Assembly (NCBI GenBank): GCA_050230475.1 | Contig: JBFLGF010000012.1 | Span: forward strand, 62,001-126,000 | Length of the DNA stretch: 64,000 nucleotides | Source of the DNA: Ancylonema sp. | Taxonomy: Eukaryota | Reading direction: 5' to 3' | In this document: one piece after another, positions 36,755-49,215 of the stretch | Position numbering within the stretch: the stretch's first letter is position 1 | Layout: every line of letters begins with the position of its first letter | Notes under the pieces: model-generated | What the model saw: the letters and a program-made list of their open reading frames with translations, nothing else | Told to the model about the DNA's origin: nothing | Databases searched by the model: none | Translations under genes and position numbers: made by a program

Positions 36755-39700
36755 ATGGCATCTAGTCGTCAGAAGGTGACCGCGGAACAGACTACGAGAA
36801 AGAGTAAGAGAAAGCTATTCGACCCGAGTCGGCCGGGAGAGAACAACGCTGTACGTGGAAAGAGATACGAGGCAGGGGTCCCCGAGAAAACTACAGCGGG
36901 CAGAGGATCGAAGAGAGCAAAAAATGAGCCAGAAATAAGACGAGCAGACACAAGGAAAAAGGTTACTGCAATTGTCTCCTACCAAAAATCACGAAGCCGG
37001 GAAATGAAAGGAAAACGTGCCGAGCAGAAAGGTGGTGTGGAAAATCATGCGAAAAGGACGAAGATGCCGCGGCACACGGCTGCAAACAACCGTCTTGGTA
37101 CTGGCAGAAAAACTGTCCATTCTGGACATTCGGGAACGACCAAGCGGCCTGTCGGACAGAACAAGCGAGCGAGAGCAGGTGGTCATTTAGCGGGCGAACA
37201 GTTGCGAGCACGCATTCCCAAGAAGGCAAAGCGTCGTGCAAAAGAAACCAATGACATAAAGTCGCCTGAATACATCACCAGATGCGATGAGAAATTCAGC
37301 GTGGGCGAATTTGTGTACATTCTGTGTGAGACGACGGAGCCTGCTGACGGTCAGAGGCATCAAGTAGGCGGAACAGACTTCGAGAAAGAGTAAGAGAAAG
37401 CTATTCGACAATAATGGCGACCCGAGTCGGCCGGGAGAGAACGACGCTGTGCGTGGAAAGAGATATGAGGCAGGGGTCCCCGAAAAAACTACGGCGGGCA
37501 GAGGATCGAAGAGAGCAAAAAATGAGCTAGAAATAATACGAGCAGACACAAGGAAAAAGGTCTCTGCAATTGTCTCCTGCCAAAAATCACGAAGCCAGGA
37601 AAAGAAAGGAAAACGTGCCGAGCAGAAAGACAGTGTGGAAAATCATGTGAAAAGGACGAAGATGCCACGGCACACGCCTGCAAACTACCGTCTTCATACT
37701 GGCAGAAAAACTGTCCATTCTGGACGTTCGGAAACGACCAAGCGGCCTGTCGGACAGGACAAGCAACCGAGAGCAGGTGGTCCTTCAGCGGGCCAACAGT
37801 TGCGAGCACGTATTCCCAAGTATGCAAAGTGTCGTGCAAAAAAAATCAGTGGCATAAAGTCGCCTCAATATGTCACCAGATGCGATGAGAAATTCAGCGT
37901 GGGCGAGTTTGTGTACATTCTGTGCGAGACGACGGAGCCTGCTGACGGTCAGAGGCATCAAGTAGGCGAGGAGTTGAAAGACGAGTGTGTCGTCTGCCTG
38001 GAGGAGGGTGAAGAAACCATGCTAGAATGCGACAGCTGTCTCGAAGGCTTCCATCTTACGTGTCTGAGTCCGCCTCTGGATGAGGTGCCCGAGGGGGACT
38101 GGGTTTGCGATTTGTGTCAGAAGGCAGGGGGGAGCAGACAACAGGAGCGACGGGAGGGAAGTCTGTCACTGCGCGCAAAATTGTTCCGAGGCGAGGTGGA
38201 AATCTGCAAGCTGCTGAGGTAAACCTCTTGTGCACGATCCATATTCCGTTCCCTTCCACGGGTCATGCTCAGATGGGAGAGAGTGAGCCCTCTCTTTGCA
38301 ACCATGAATGCGTTGTGGGCTGCCTGCAAACAATCTCAATTGCCTCCATTCAGGAGCACGATTACTTCACCAATAGACGCCCCCACCCTAGAGGCGATTC
38401 GCATGACAGCTTAGTGAAGCGGTGGGGTTTTCTGCAGAGTTTGGGAAGATGGTGGGTCCCAGAAGGCGTCAGTGGCGAGGTTTTGCACCCCAGAAGACCT
38501 CCCGGACGGGCGCGAGAAGGTCCATGGCAGGAGGGAACTCTTTGTCACACATTACAACGACATTGAGGTAAGAAAGGGAAGTGGAGATGTGCAACACTTG
38601 TACGCGAGATGCAGCAGCAAGCATTGCGGTGCTCGTAAGGGCTGTGGCCCGCAGACCAGGGCAGAGACAGAGAATGGTAGAATGGTAGAATGGTAGAATG
38701 GTAGAATGGTAGAATGGTAGAATGGTAGAATGGTAGAATGGTAGAATGGTAGAATGGTAGAATGGTAGAATGGTAGAATGGTAGAATGGTAGAATGGTAG
38801 AATGGTAGAATGGTAGAATGGTAGAATGGTAGAATGGTAGAATGGTGGGGGCACATGAATTTGCTTCAACTTAGGTGCCAATTCTGAATGAAGGACCTCT
38901 GGCCGGTCAAAGGACAAGAGCGCTCATGAGTGATCCCTGGGCTGACGTGAGCCGAGTGCCGAGTGGCAGGTGGATGCCATCGAGTGGAGGTGCTCAGTGC
39001 TGTGCAAGAAAGACTTCGAGCGCACGACCGACGGTGATGACGTCTTTTTCTGCGAATTGGAATATGCGTCAGATGAGAAGAAGTACCGGCTTGTCCGAGG
39101 CGGCCTGGTGGAGGGGGTGGGAGATGAGGGGGAGCTCAGTGCGGTAGGTGGATAGGTGGATGGGCATAATATCAGAATATGAGAATATGGGAAGGGGCAC
39201 TTAGCAGTATTACCATCTGCCAGGGCCTTGGGCTATGGGCAGGGCAAGGGGAGCTGCTTCCTAATGTTCTAATTGGATGTGTCTGCTCGGTGATCTGGCC
39301 TGCCTTGAGCTGCCAGGTGCATGCAGCTGCTTACTGCCAGGTGGCATGCTTTGACAGGGTGGCAGCAGCGGAGAGGACTCTGAAGCAGAGTTCCATCCAA
39401 CAAAGCGCGATTTGGAGGTGGAGGAGGAGGAGGAGGAGGAGGAGGAGGAGGAGGTGGAGGAGGAGGAGGTGGGAGAGGCGGGTGGGAGGAGTAGCAGGAG
39501 GCAGCGGAAAAGGGGAGTGACGGTGCCCAAAGCAGCGGTACGAAGTCACAGAAGGCGGTTTGGCAGAGCCCGGACTGAGAGGCGGGTCGAGTCGGGGGTG
39601 TGCAGAACCGACACGAGGGTCTGCCGCGCGGCCTGGGGGTGGGGCACGCCCCGGAGAAGCTGAAGAGGGTGCCACAGACCCCCTTGCAGAAGGCCCAGGC

Positions 39701-41760
39701 TGCCCTGCTGCTCTCTGCCGACCCTCACAGCATGCGGGAGCGAGAAAGGTGAGGAAGGGAGGAGGAAGGCACTTGAGGTGGTGACACTTACCAAAAACTC
39801 ACCTCTCACCTCTCACCTGGGGTTGCAGCGAGCGAGAGGAGATCGCGCGGTGCCTTGAGGATTTGTGCAGGGGGGGGAGCATGCTGTGGGGAAGTGCCTC
39901 TACATCAGTGGGGTGCCGGGAACAGGGAAGGTCAGCTCCCTTGGACCCCACCCTGTTCGCTCAACAGCAAGGATGAGATTGTGTTACACCGAATATGAGG
40001 TGCCAGGTGGCATTCCTGACATGTGGCGCTGGTGGGTGTCCCATGTGGTGCTGGTGGGTGTTTCCAGACGGCCACTGTGAGGGAAGTGGTGCGCAGTCTG
40101 CAGGCGCGAGCGAAGGCTGGACAAGTGCCAGAGTGGCAACTCATCTTCATCAACGCTCTCTCTCTCCCATCCCCAAACCACACCTACTCTGTCAGGACTC
40201 GATCCCCCCCCCCTCTGCCCCCCACACGCAAGGCAGGGTGTGTGGCCGCTCACGATGCCCCAACCCCCCCGCATTGCAGGCTCTGTATGCGCAGCTCACA
40301 GGGCGGCGGGCGAGCTGGAGGGTGGCGCTGGATCGACTGGAGAAGCGATTTTCGGGGGGGGGGAGGGGGAGGCTGGGGGAAAGGCGGTGGTGGTGGTGGT
40401 GGACGAGCTGGACAGGCTGGCGACGAAAACACAAACTGTACGACCGCCACCCTGGCCCTCTACACCAAAGTACCGATTCTTGACCAAAAGAACCTTAAGC
40501 CCCTCCCTCCCCCCCGCGCCCCTCAGGTCCTCTACAACCTCTTTGATTGGCCGACTCGCCCTAACGCACGGATCACGGTGGTGGGCATCGCGAACACGAT
40601 GGACCTCCCTGAGCGCCTGCTCCCGCGCATTGTGAGCCGCATGGGGCTGAAGCGCTGCACCTTCCGCCCATACACCCGCCCCCAGATCGTGGCCATCCTG
40701 GAGCACAGGCTGGAGGGGGTGGCGGCCGTGGATGCCAACGCCATCAAGAAAGTGGCCATGAAGGTGGCGTCTGTGTCTGGGGATGTCCGGCGGGCGCTTG
40801 AACTGTGCAGAAGAGCTGCTGAGCTGGCAGAGGCCAGACTGGCTGCAGCAGCATGCCAGAGTGGGGCGCCAGGTGGCAGTGAGGGAGAGGAGGCAGCCAT
40901 GATCCAGATGGGTGACGTGGATGGCGCCATCAAAGAAATGTTTGACTCTGTCCACTTCAAGGTGACAGGTGGCCGACAGTGATTGGGTGGTGGGGTGATG
41001 GTTGACCTAGTCTGAATGCTGCTTGCTGACGTGGCTGCAGATGATTGAGCGTTGCGCGCTGCACGAGAAGCTCTTTCTAGCGGCGGTGCTCGTGGATCTG
41101 ACGCGCACGGGGCTCACGGAGACGCACATGGACAGGGTGGGTACATGGGAGTTGAAAAGGGGGGGGGTCGATGAGCCTCCTCCCATCCTCACGCTGTCTG
41201 TGTGCTTGCCAGGTGTCGCAATTCTACTGGCGCTTGTGTGCAGAGCACTCAGTGCCCAAGCTCTCTCTCGACAGCTTGATGATTCTGAGGTACTGTCTCC
41301 CCTGCCGCCTCTTGTGGCACTTCTTACTGATCGCACGTCAATCGCATATTATGGCGGGAGTCCCTTAAATCGGTGGAGTCCAATACTGTTGTGCCTGCAG
41401 CTGCCGCTTGGGCACTTCGCGTCTACTCATAGTGGAGTGCGGCGCACGACACTCTCTGCAGAAGATTCAGCTACATGTGCCAAGGTGGGGGGGGACCTTT
41501 GTGTGGGGATTTGCTAAGTAGTGAGAATTTGTGTATTGGAGGCCACAAACGACAACCGACTTTCCTAACAATATGTTTTTATCATTCCTGATCTTTCCTT
41601 TCAATTTAGGGGCTGGGGGCATAGAAACGAGTCGCCTATAGTCTGACACTTGTGGGGGATAGGATGACGGAGTGGTTGGGAGGGTGTGGCGTGCAGTGAG
41701 GACGTGCGGTACGTGCTGAAGAATGACTCCGAGTTGACCTGGTTAGACAAATGCTTATGA
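36755..41760 (+). CDS. ORC1: Origin recognition complex subunit 1 (PHD + BAH + AAA+), multi-exon; 5' structure uncertain
   Basis: PHD CVVC..CDSC..FHLTCL..WVCDLC; BAH PEDLPDGR..HGRRELF; Walker A LYISGVPGTGK|T; Walker B VVDELD; VLYNLFDWP, GIANTMDLPERL, SGDVRRAL; ends EDVRYVLK..WLDKCL-stop at 41760. Confidence 0.95.
36782..37968 (+). repeat. Diverged tandem duplication (about 590 bp x2) at the ORC1 5' end
   Basis: GCGGAACAGACT starts at 36782 and 37368; near-identical peptides in ORFs 36755..37393 and 37449..38222. Confidence 0.95.
38671..38846. repeat. (AGAATGGT)x22 satellite in an ORC1 intron
   Basis: Perfect 8-mer array, 176 bp. Confidence 0.97.
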
Positions 41761-42586
41761 AAAAATGTCAGTTCCCCTCACCCTAGTTCAACCGCCTGAT
41801 TGAGCTTGCAAAAAGTCGAGAAGGAGAGTAGGTGTGAACACCATTTGTGGTTTTTATGCAAAGGAGTCGAGAGAAAGTGGCACAAAGGTTGGCCATTCAA
41901 ACGATGGCCATCAGATCTAGTACGTGGCAAGGCAAGGAACAAGCTCCCACATTGAACTGCGTCACTTCTAGCTTGAGTAGGCCGTGTTGCCTTTATTGTT
42001 GTCGATGACCTGTTGTCACAGGGTCCTCCCAAGAAGTGGCAATAGTCCCTGGAGAACCTTGACCTTTAAAAAAAATCAATCATTGAGGGAGTCATTTTTT
42101 GTACTATCCCTACCCATGCTCGCCACACGAAAATGTGATTTGAGTGCATTAAATTGTTGTCTTAAAAAAAACAAGATTGATATCAAAATCGAAATCAGAA
42201 TCAAAGTACAGCTAGCCTAGTCAAAAGTTTCAAAAACCTAGAAGCATTTCGAACACGCCAAACATGTGCAATTATAGGGTTATTGATGAAAATGTATTCA
42301 TGTATTGCAAGGGCCGCTATGTTCCACCTTACTCATATGCAACTTCATGTCTTGACGTTGACAAAAAAAAAATGGAAATCCTTTTAGAATCCAATCATTC
42401 CTAGGTCCAAGACCGTTCCCTCCCGTGATGCGACTTTGGAGATCATCCTAGAAACACTGAAAGTTCAAAGAATTGTATAACCTAGGCATGTAGACTCATG
42501 AGAAAGTAAGGGAATGGTCAGGTGTGTCTCATAAGATCACAGAATGGACACTAGGATTACAACATGGGAACCACGTTTTACACAAG

Positions 42587-42652
42587 TGTCGTACCATTTA
42601 ACATCGTGTTAGAATGTCACGTGTGAAAGATCAAATATAACAACTATCACCC
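42587..42652 (-). mobile_element. Inverted 66-bp 3' terminus of the LTR-like family
   Basis: Reverse complement GGTGATAGTTGTTATATTTGATC...ATGGTACGACA matches 21885-21947. Confidence 0.82.
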
Positions 42653-44871
42653 GGAGGCTGGGGGAAAGGCGGTGGTGGTGGTGGTGGACGAGCTGGACAG
42701 GCTGGCGACGAAAACACAAACTGTACGACCGCCACCCTGGCCCTCTACACCAAAGTACCGATTCTTGACCAAAAGAACCTTAAGCCCCTCCCTCCCCCCC
42801 GCGCCCCTCAGGTCCTCTACAACCTCTTTGATTGGCCGACTCGCCCTAACGCACGGATCACGGTGGTGGGCATCGCGAACACGATGGACCTCCCTGAGCG
42901 CCTGCTCCCGCGCATTGTGAGCCGCATGGGGCTGAAGCGCTGCACCTTCCGCCCATACACCCGCCCCCAGATCGTGGCCATCCTGGAGCACAGGCTGGAG
43001 GGGGTGGCGGCCGTGGATGCCAACGCCATCAAGAAAGTGGCCATGAAGGTGGCGTCTGTGTCTGGGGATGTCCGGCGGGCGCTTGAACTGTGCAGAAGAG
43101 CTGCTGAGCTGGCAGAGGCCAGACTGGCTGCAGCAGCATGCCAGAGTGGGGCGCCAGGTGGCAGTGAGGGAGAGGAGGCAGCCATGATCCAGATGGGTGA
43201 CGTGGATGGCGCCATCAAAGAAATGTTTGACTCTGTCCACTTCAAGGTGACAGGTGGCCGACAGTGATTGGGTGGTGGGGTGATGGTTGACCTAGTCTGA
43301 ATGCTGCTTGCTGACGTGGCTGCAGATGATTGAGCGTTGCGCGCTGCACGAGAAGCTCTTTCTAGCGGCGGTGCTCGTGGATCTGACGCGCACGGGGCTC
43401 ACGGAGACGCACATGGACAGGGTGGGTACATGGGAGTTGAAAAGGGGGGGGGTCGATGAGCCTCCTCCCATCCTCACGCTGTCTGTGTGCTTGCCAGGTG
43501 TCGCAATTCTACTGGCGCTTGTGTGCAGAGCACTCAGTGCCCAAGCTCTCTCTCGACAGCTTGATGATTCTGAGGTACTGTCTCCCCTGCCGCCTCTTGT
43601 GGCACTTCTTACTGATCGCACGTCAATCGCATATTATGGCGGGAGTCCCTTAAATCGGTGGAGTCCAATACTGTTGTGCCTGCAGCTGCCGCTTGGGCAC
43701 TTCGCGTCTACTCATAGTGGAGTGCGGCGCACGACACTCTCTGCAGAAGATTCAGCTACATGTGCCAAGGTGGGGGGGGACCTTTGTGTGGGGATTTGCT
43801 AAGTAGTGAGAATTTGTGTATTGGAGGCCACAAACGACAACCGACTTTCCTAACAATATGTTTTTATCATTCCTGATCTTTCCTTTCAATTTAGGGGCTG
43901 GGGGCATAGAAACGAGTCGCCTATAGTCTGACACTTGTGGGGGATAGGATGACGGAGTGGTTGGGAGGGTGTGGCGTGCAGTGAGGACGTGCGGTACGTG
44001 CTGAAGAATGACTCCGAGTTGACCTGGTTAGACAAATGCTTATGAAAAAATGTCAGTTCCCCTCACCCTAGTTCAACCGCCTGATTGAGCTTGCAAAAAG
44101 TCGAGAAGGAGAGTAGGTGTGAACACCATTTGTGGTTTTTATGCAAAGGAGTCGAGAGAAAGTGGCACAAAGGTTGGCCATTCAAACGATGGCCATCAGA
44201 TCTAGTACGTGGCAAGGCAAGGAACAAGCTCCCACATTGAACTGCGTCACTTCTAGCTTGAGTAGGCCGTGTTGCCTTTATTGTTGTCGATGACCTGTTG
44301 TCACAGGGTCCTCCCAAGAAGTGGCAATAGTCCCTGGAGAACCTTGACCTTTAAAAAAAATCAATCATTGAGGGAGTCATTTTTTGTACTATCCCTACCC
44401 ATGCTCGCCACACGAAAATGTGATTTGAGTGCATTAAATTGTTGTCTTAAAAAAAACAAGATTGATATCAAAATCGAAATCAGAATCAAAGTACAGCTAG
44501 CCTAGTCAAAAGTTTCAAAAACCTAGAAGCATTTCGAACACGCCAAACATGTGCAATTATAGGGTTATTGATGAAAATGTATTCATGTATTGCAAGGGCC
44601 GCTATGTTCCACCTTACTCATATGCAACTTCATGTCTTGACGTTGACAAAAAAAAAATGGAAATCCTTTTAGAATCCAATCATTCCTAGGTCCAAGACCG
44701 TTCCCTCCCGTGATGCGACTTTGGAGATCATCCTAGAAACACTGAAAGTTCAAAGAATTGTATAACCTAGGCATGTAGACTCATGAGAAAGTAAGGGAAT
44801 GGTCAGGTGTGTCTCATAAGATCACAGAATGGACACTAGGATTACAACATGGGAACCACGTTTTACACAAG
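42653..44871 (+). repeat. 2.2-kb duplicate of the ORC1 3' half and downstream DNA (original 40368-42586)
   Basis: Identical ORF track at offset 2285; begins just before Walker B, lacks Walker A, PHD and BAH. Confidence 0.95.
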
Positions 44872-45560
44872 CAATCAGCATTGTGCTGAATGCCCCAGTC
44901 ACAAATTTACAAATTCTCTACCACGCGTTACTCAAATCTTCTCATGCCGCGTAATTCGCCATGATTATCAACATCTCTTACCTTGACGTTCGCGTCAACT
45001 GCAAATTTTCACTACGATTGGCATTCAGCGCAACATGAAGCGCAATATAATTGTGACATGTCGTATACTAGAGAGTCGTGTATGACAAAGTACTCGAATG
45101 AAAATTAAGGCATATCTCCCACTCCATCACAATGTATATATGTATATGTGTGTGCCTATCGATGCCTAGAAGCAATGCAATGCTCTCCATCACACTGCAA
45201 ATCACCCTATCAGTCCTAAAGAAATCTGAGTCACAAATGATTATGGGGTCGGAAGCTTCGCCCAAGTCCGCTTTCGTCGTAAACCTGATAGTTTGAGGTG
45301 TTCAATGTTTGCGTGTGAAATAGATGACAACCCGAGCCCGATCACTTGCAGACATTCACATCCAAACTTTATAATGCTCTAGTCAATGCTTGCGGAGCTC
45401 ACGAGATGTAGTGCGTCACTGTGGGTGATGAGCGAGTGCTTTTTGCAAGGACCCCGCACCCTCCCAACTACCACAATTGGCCCTTACGGCGATCCTTGGA
45501 ACCCACTAGTGCTTTGCGGATTACCCCGACTTCGAGGCTAGAAACGACAACTGTGCGAAA

Positions 45561-46580
45561 GTGTTCATTGTTCTTTATGTGGATGACGTACTGATGGTGT
45601 GGAAGCAGAGGGAGATACTAGAGATGGTCAAGAGGCGTCTTCAGGAGATACTTGAGATGAAGGGTCTCGGCACATCAACTTTTCTCTTACGGATAGAGTT
45701 AATGAGACAAGGTGGTGGGGGTCTCTTTCTGGTGCAAACAAAAGTATGCTTTAGAGGTGCTGCAGAGGTATAGCATGAGGAAAGTAAGACAGTCTCCACA
45801 CCTTTCGATCTGGGAAGAGAGGGGTAGAGGGATGCCCACAAGCTAAAGGGGAGAGAGGTCCCATGGAAGTGATTCCGTTCAGGTCGCTGGTGGGGAGCTT
45901 GATGTACTCGGCAGTTTGCACTCGGCCTGATGAAGCCATGGGAGTATCTACACCTAGCCGTTTCTACCCGGATCCGGGGATTGTGCATTAGGAGGCAGCA
46001 AAGAGGATGCTTCGGTATGTCAAAGGTAGTGCTGGGGATGAGCTACTTTACAACAAGGGTGAGTCTGTGGAGCTAGGGGGGTACAGCGATGCCAGCTATG
46101 ACAGTGATCTAGAGACAAAGAGGAGGCGCTCGAGGTTTGTAATGATGAGTGAAGGAGCTGCAATCGGCTAGGGGAGCAAGCTTTAGGAGGTGGTGGCGCT
46201 TAGCAACACATAGGCCGAGTACATGCTCCTCGCACATGCAGCTCAAGAGGGGTTGTACTTGCAACAATTGCAAGTGGAACTGGGGATTAATCATGAGGGG
46301 TTAGGGGTGCTTATGTCGTGTGATAATCAAACATCTATGAATATTGCACAAAACCCTATATTCCATAAGCGAAGTAAGCACATTGCTATTCGGTATCACT
46401 TCTTCCGGGAGAAGGTGGAGAGTGGAGAGATGGAGCTTTAATTTGTGAGGACCAAGGCAATGGCGGCTAACCAACTTACCAAGAATGTCAGTTTGCAAGT
46501 TTTGGTGGTCGGAAAGGATTTGATGGGTATGCTTACTGGTTGAATGTTAAATAATGCCATTAGTGATTGCGAGGGGGATT
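45561..46580 (+). mobile_element. Degenerate Ty1/copia RT-RNase H fragment
   Basis: LYVDDVL, RSLVGSLMY..CTRPD, GYSDASY, AEYM, CDNQ, HKRSKHIAIRYHF; many stops; purine tract GAGGGGGA near 46571. Confidence 0.93.
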
Positions 46581-46599
46581 TTAGTACTAGGCAATCAAT

Positions 46600-46800
46600 A
46601 ATAGCCTTAGAACGAGGTTCGCACTAGTAAATAGGCTTTGTTATAAAGAGAATTTGAACTAGCTTGTTATAACGCGAACGAAAACCAAAGTGTCCATTAT
46701 ACACGAGGTCTTTCAGTTATTTGATCGTATGCATGCTAGGTTGACTGGTGGATTATGAAGCATCGTCAAAGTTACACAAACCACTAGAAGTTAAGAAGTT
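46600..46800. repeat. Dispersed repeat; inverted copy at about 53005-53200
   Basis: ATGCATGCTAGGTTGACTGGTGGATTATGAAGCATCGT matches the reverse complement of ACGATGCTTCATATTCCACTAGTCAACCTAACATGCAT. Confidence 0.75.
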
Positions 46801-46936
46801 GAGCAAACTTCTTATGCATAAAGTTGATGGTTTGGTGCAACACATCGCACATATGGTGCAAAATATAGTTAGGCATTACGTTTGTGAAACGGTCGTTGCA
46901 ACTTATTGTGAGTTAGGCATTGGACGTATATATTGC

Positions 46937-49215
46937 TGTCGGACAATAATCAATCGTGTGCCTGTATGAGGATATATTGTGCCTAAACGAGTGAATGTGC
47001 CTAAAACGGTAAATATGCCTATATGGTGAAATGTGCTTATACAGTGAAATGTGCATATACGGTAGAATGAGGCCGGAGCGGCATTTTCGTTCTTTAGCCA
47101 TTTTTAATACATATGTGGGTTTTTTGCAATGACGTTTCCATTGACACGTGTCCAGACAGACTCATTTCTCATTATTTGCGACTGAAGGCCTTAATTAGTA
47201 ATGAACGTTACAATTGTTCCGCCGTTCACGGCACCATACTCGCTAGGACCTGCCGCCAAGCTTGCGGACACTGCATTACTAAGCAGTTGTAGGAACACAT
47301 ACGTTTCCCATACAATGTGCCGTAAAGTAGACACTCACGTCTGAAGCTTGTGTGTCTAGGAGTAGTTGTTACGAGAGCGACAAAGTACTTGTAGATATAT
47401 TCTGACCTTTTATGGATCCTATGCGATCGGGTGCCTATATAACGAGGATTAGCGCGTATATGGTGAAAGAGCCTATAGAGTAAGAATGCCTATACTAAAT
47501 ATGGGCCTATACGGTGAAATGGCATATATGGTAAATACGCCTGCACGGGGAGATATGCTTATATGCTCAGATGTGCTTATACAATGACAACGCTTACACG
47601 GTAGAAGTGACTACATAGCGGATGTGCTTATTCGGTAACGTGATACGGGTACAGGTATCTACGGTTGTACTTCATATTTTGAATGCGCGTGGGTATTCCT
47701 CGATATGTTTCGAAGTAGCACGTGTCCATTGGACGTATTTGTCTTTTGTGGCGTAACTGGAATCTAAGGCCGTAGTTAGACCGAACGGTATGATTGTTCC
47801 GCCACCTACGGCACATTCGGCGGCACTGAAGACGGACTTTACTGATAGCTGCGTTACCAGGCCACTCGAGAATAAGCGTACAAGGTCCTTAGTTAGCGAT
47901 TAGCAATATTCACACCGCGTTAAAGGCGCTTTAAGTTAGCATCAACGTTGCGGGAAGGCGACAAGGCGGGAAAGGCCATTTTGCGACTTATGTGGATACT
48001 GGTCAGTAGCTGCGCGCGTACAGCACTACTACAACATCTTAGTTTGACGTCTTCTTTACTCGAGTTGAGCATGTTGTACCATCTGTCCTAGAGTGTTAGT
48101 TTATGATTGGATGAACTAGTAAGTCGGCTAGCTAAGGCGGCAGAGCCGGCGCCGTAAGTCGATACGGCAGGATTGGTAGCTACCTTGTAACTAGCATCGT
48201 TTGCTAGCTGAGTTCTATATAAAAAATAACCTAAGTGATCAGACCTCAATCGGTCTTATCACTCCTCGAGAACCGCTGAGCAATTAACTACCATTCTCTT
48301 ACCAATTCTCATTGTGTTCGGCTGACAATTTCCTTGTGTGTGAATTCATTCAGATCATGATTGATCGTGCATTGCAATCTCATATCATTCATAAGTTTCG
48401 AACACTCTACGTTCATACCAACGGCAACGCCTTGCCATAGGTAAACCAGAAAATAACATTTGACATGTGGTAGACTTGCGCCATGCTTGTACAATGTTCT
48501 TTATTTGCGCGCACGTGTGTGTAGCGGACCTCGACTAGGTCATGATTCCATATGTTGACATTCCATGTGATGAGACGACGCATTATTCGCACGTGTTTCA
48601 AACCCATTGTAACAACGGTCGTTATATCGAATGTGTTACACGTGTGAATGGGGCACGATGTTAGATGGCACAACATCGGTGTGGCGGCCAGCTTAGAGGC
48701 GCCGCAAAAAGATGCTGATCGGATAGGAGCTTTCTACTACATACTTGGTAACTTTTGTACTCATATCTTAATAGGTCTTTGTACTCCTTGGGAACCGCTG
48801 CTAAAATCACTACCCAAAACTATGTGTAATTTGTATGTGAGTTCGGCTGGCTTTCAGCTTGTGTCAATCCATAAGCATTTTGAGTTCGATTTCAACTTCA
48901 GTATCGATTGATTGGGTACTGCACTCTTAGACACCGGACAAACGTCGGGCACTTTACGTCCAGGCCTAAGGCAAAGCCTTGCCATAGGTAGACTAGAAAA
49001 AGAATTTTGCCATGTTGTATACACGTGTGATGTGATTGCAATGGTTTATGTTATCGCGTGCGCGTGTGTATGGACCTCGAATAGGTCATGACTCCATGTG
49101 TGTACATCCATGTTGAGAGAGAGATAACACACGTGTCAAAAGAATATTACGACAAATTTCGTTATAAATGATGAATCGTACGTGAGACTGTTGCACGATG
49201 CTAGATGGCACAACA
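46937..49215 (+). mobile_element. Nested or rearranged cluster of LTR-like units of the same family
   Basis: TGTCGGACAATA start at 46937; G(G/A)GAACCGCTG at 48268 and 48790; ATGGCACAACA ends at 48675 and 49215; outer flanks do not form a TSD. Confidence 0.8.

Noticed and set aside
38545..38917. ORFs with (FYHSTILP)n; possible CRISPR-like array
   Set aside because: Spacerless 8-mer satellite inside an ORC1 intron.
40350..40385. Possible ORC1 frameshift before Walker B
   Set aside because: Falls in a G homopolymer stretch where length errors are likely.
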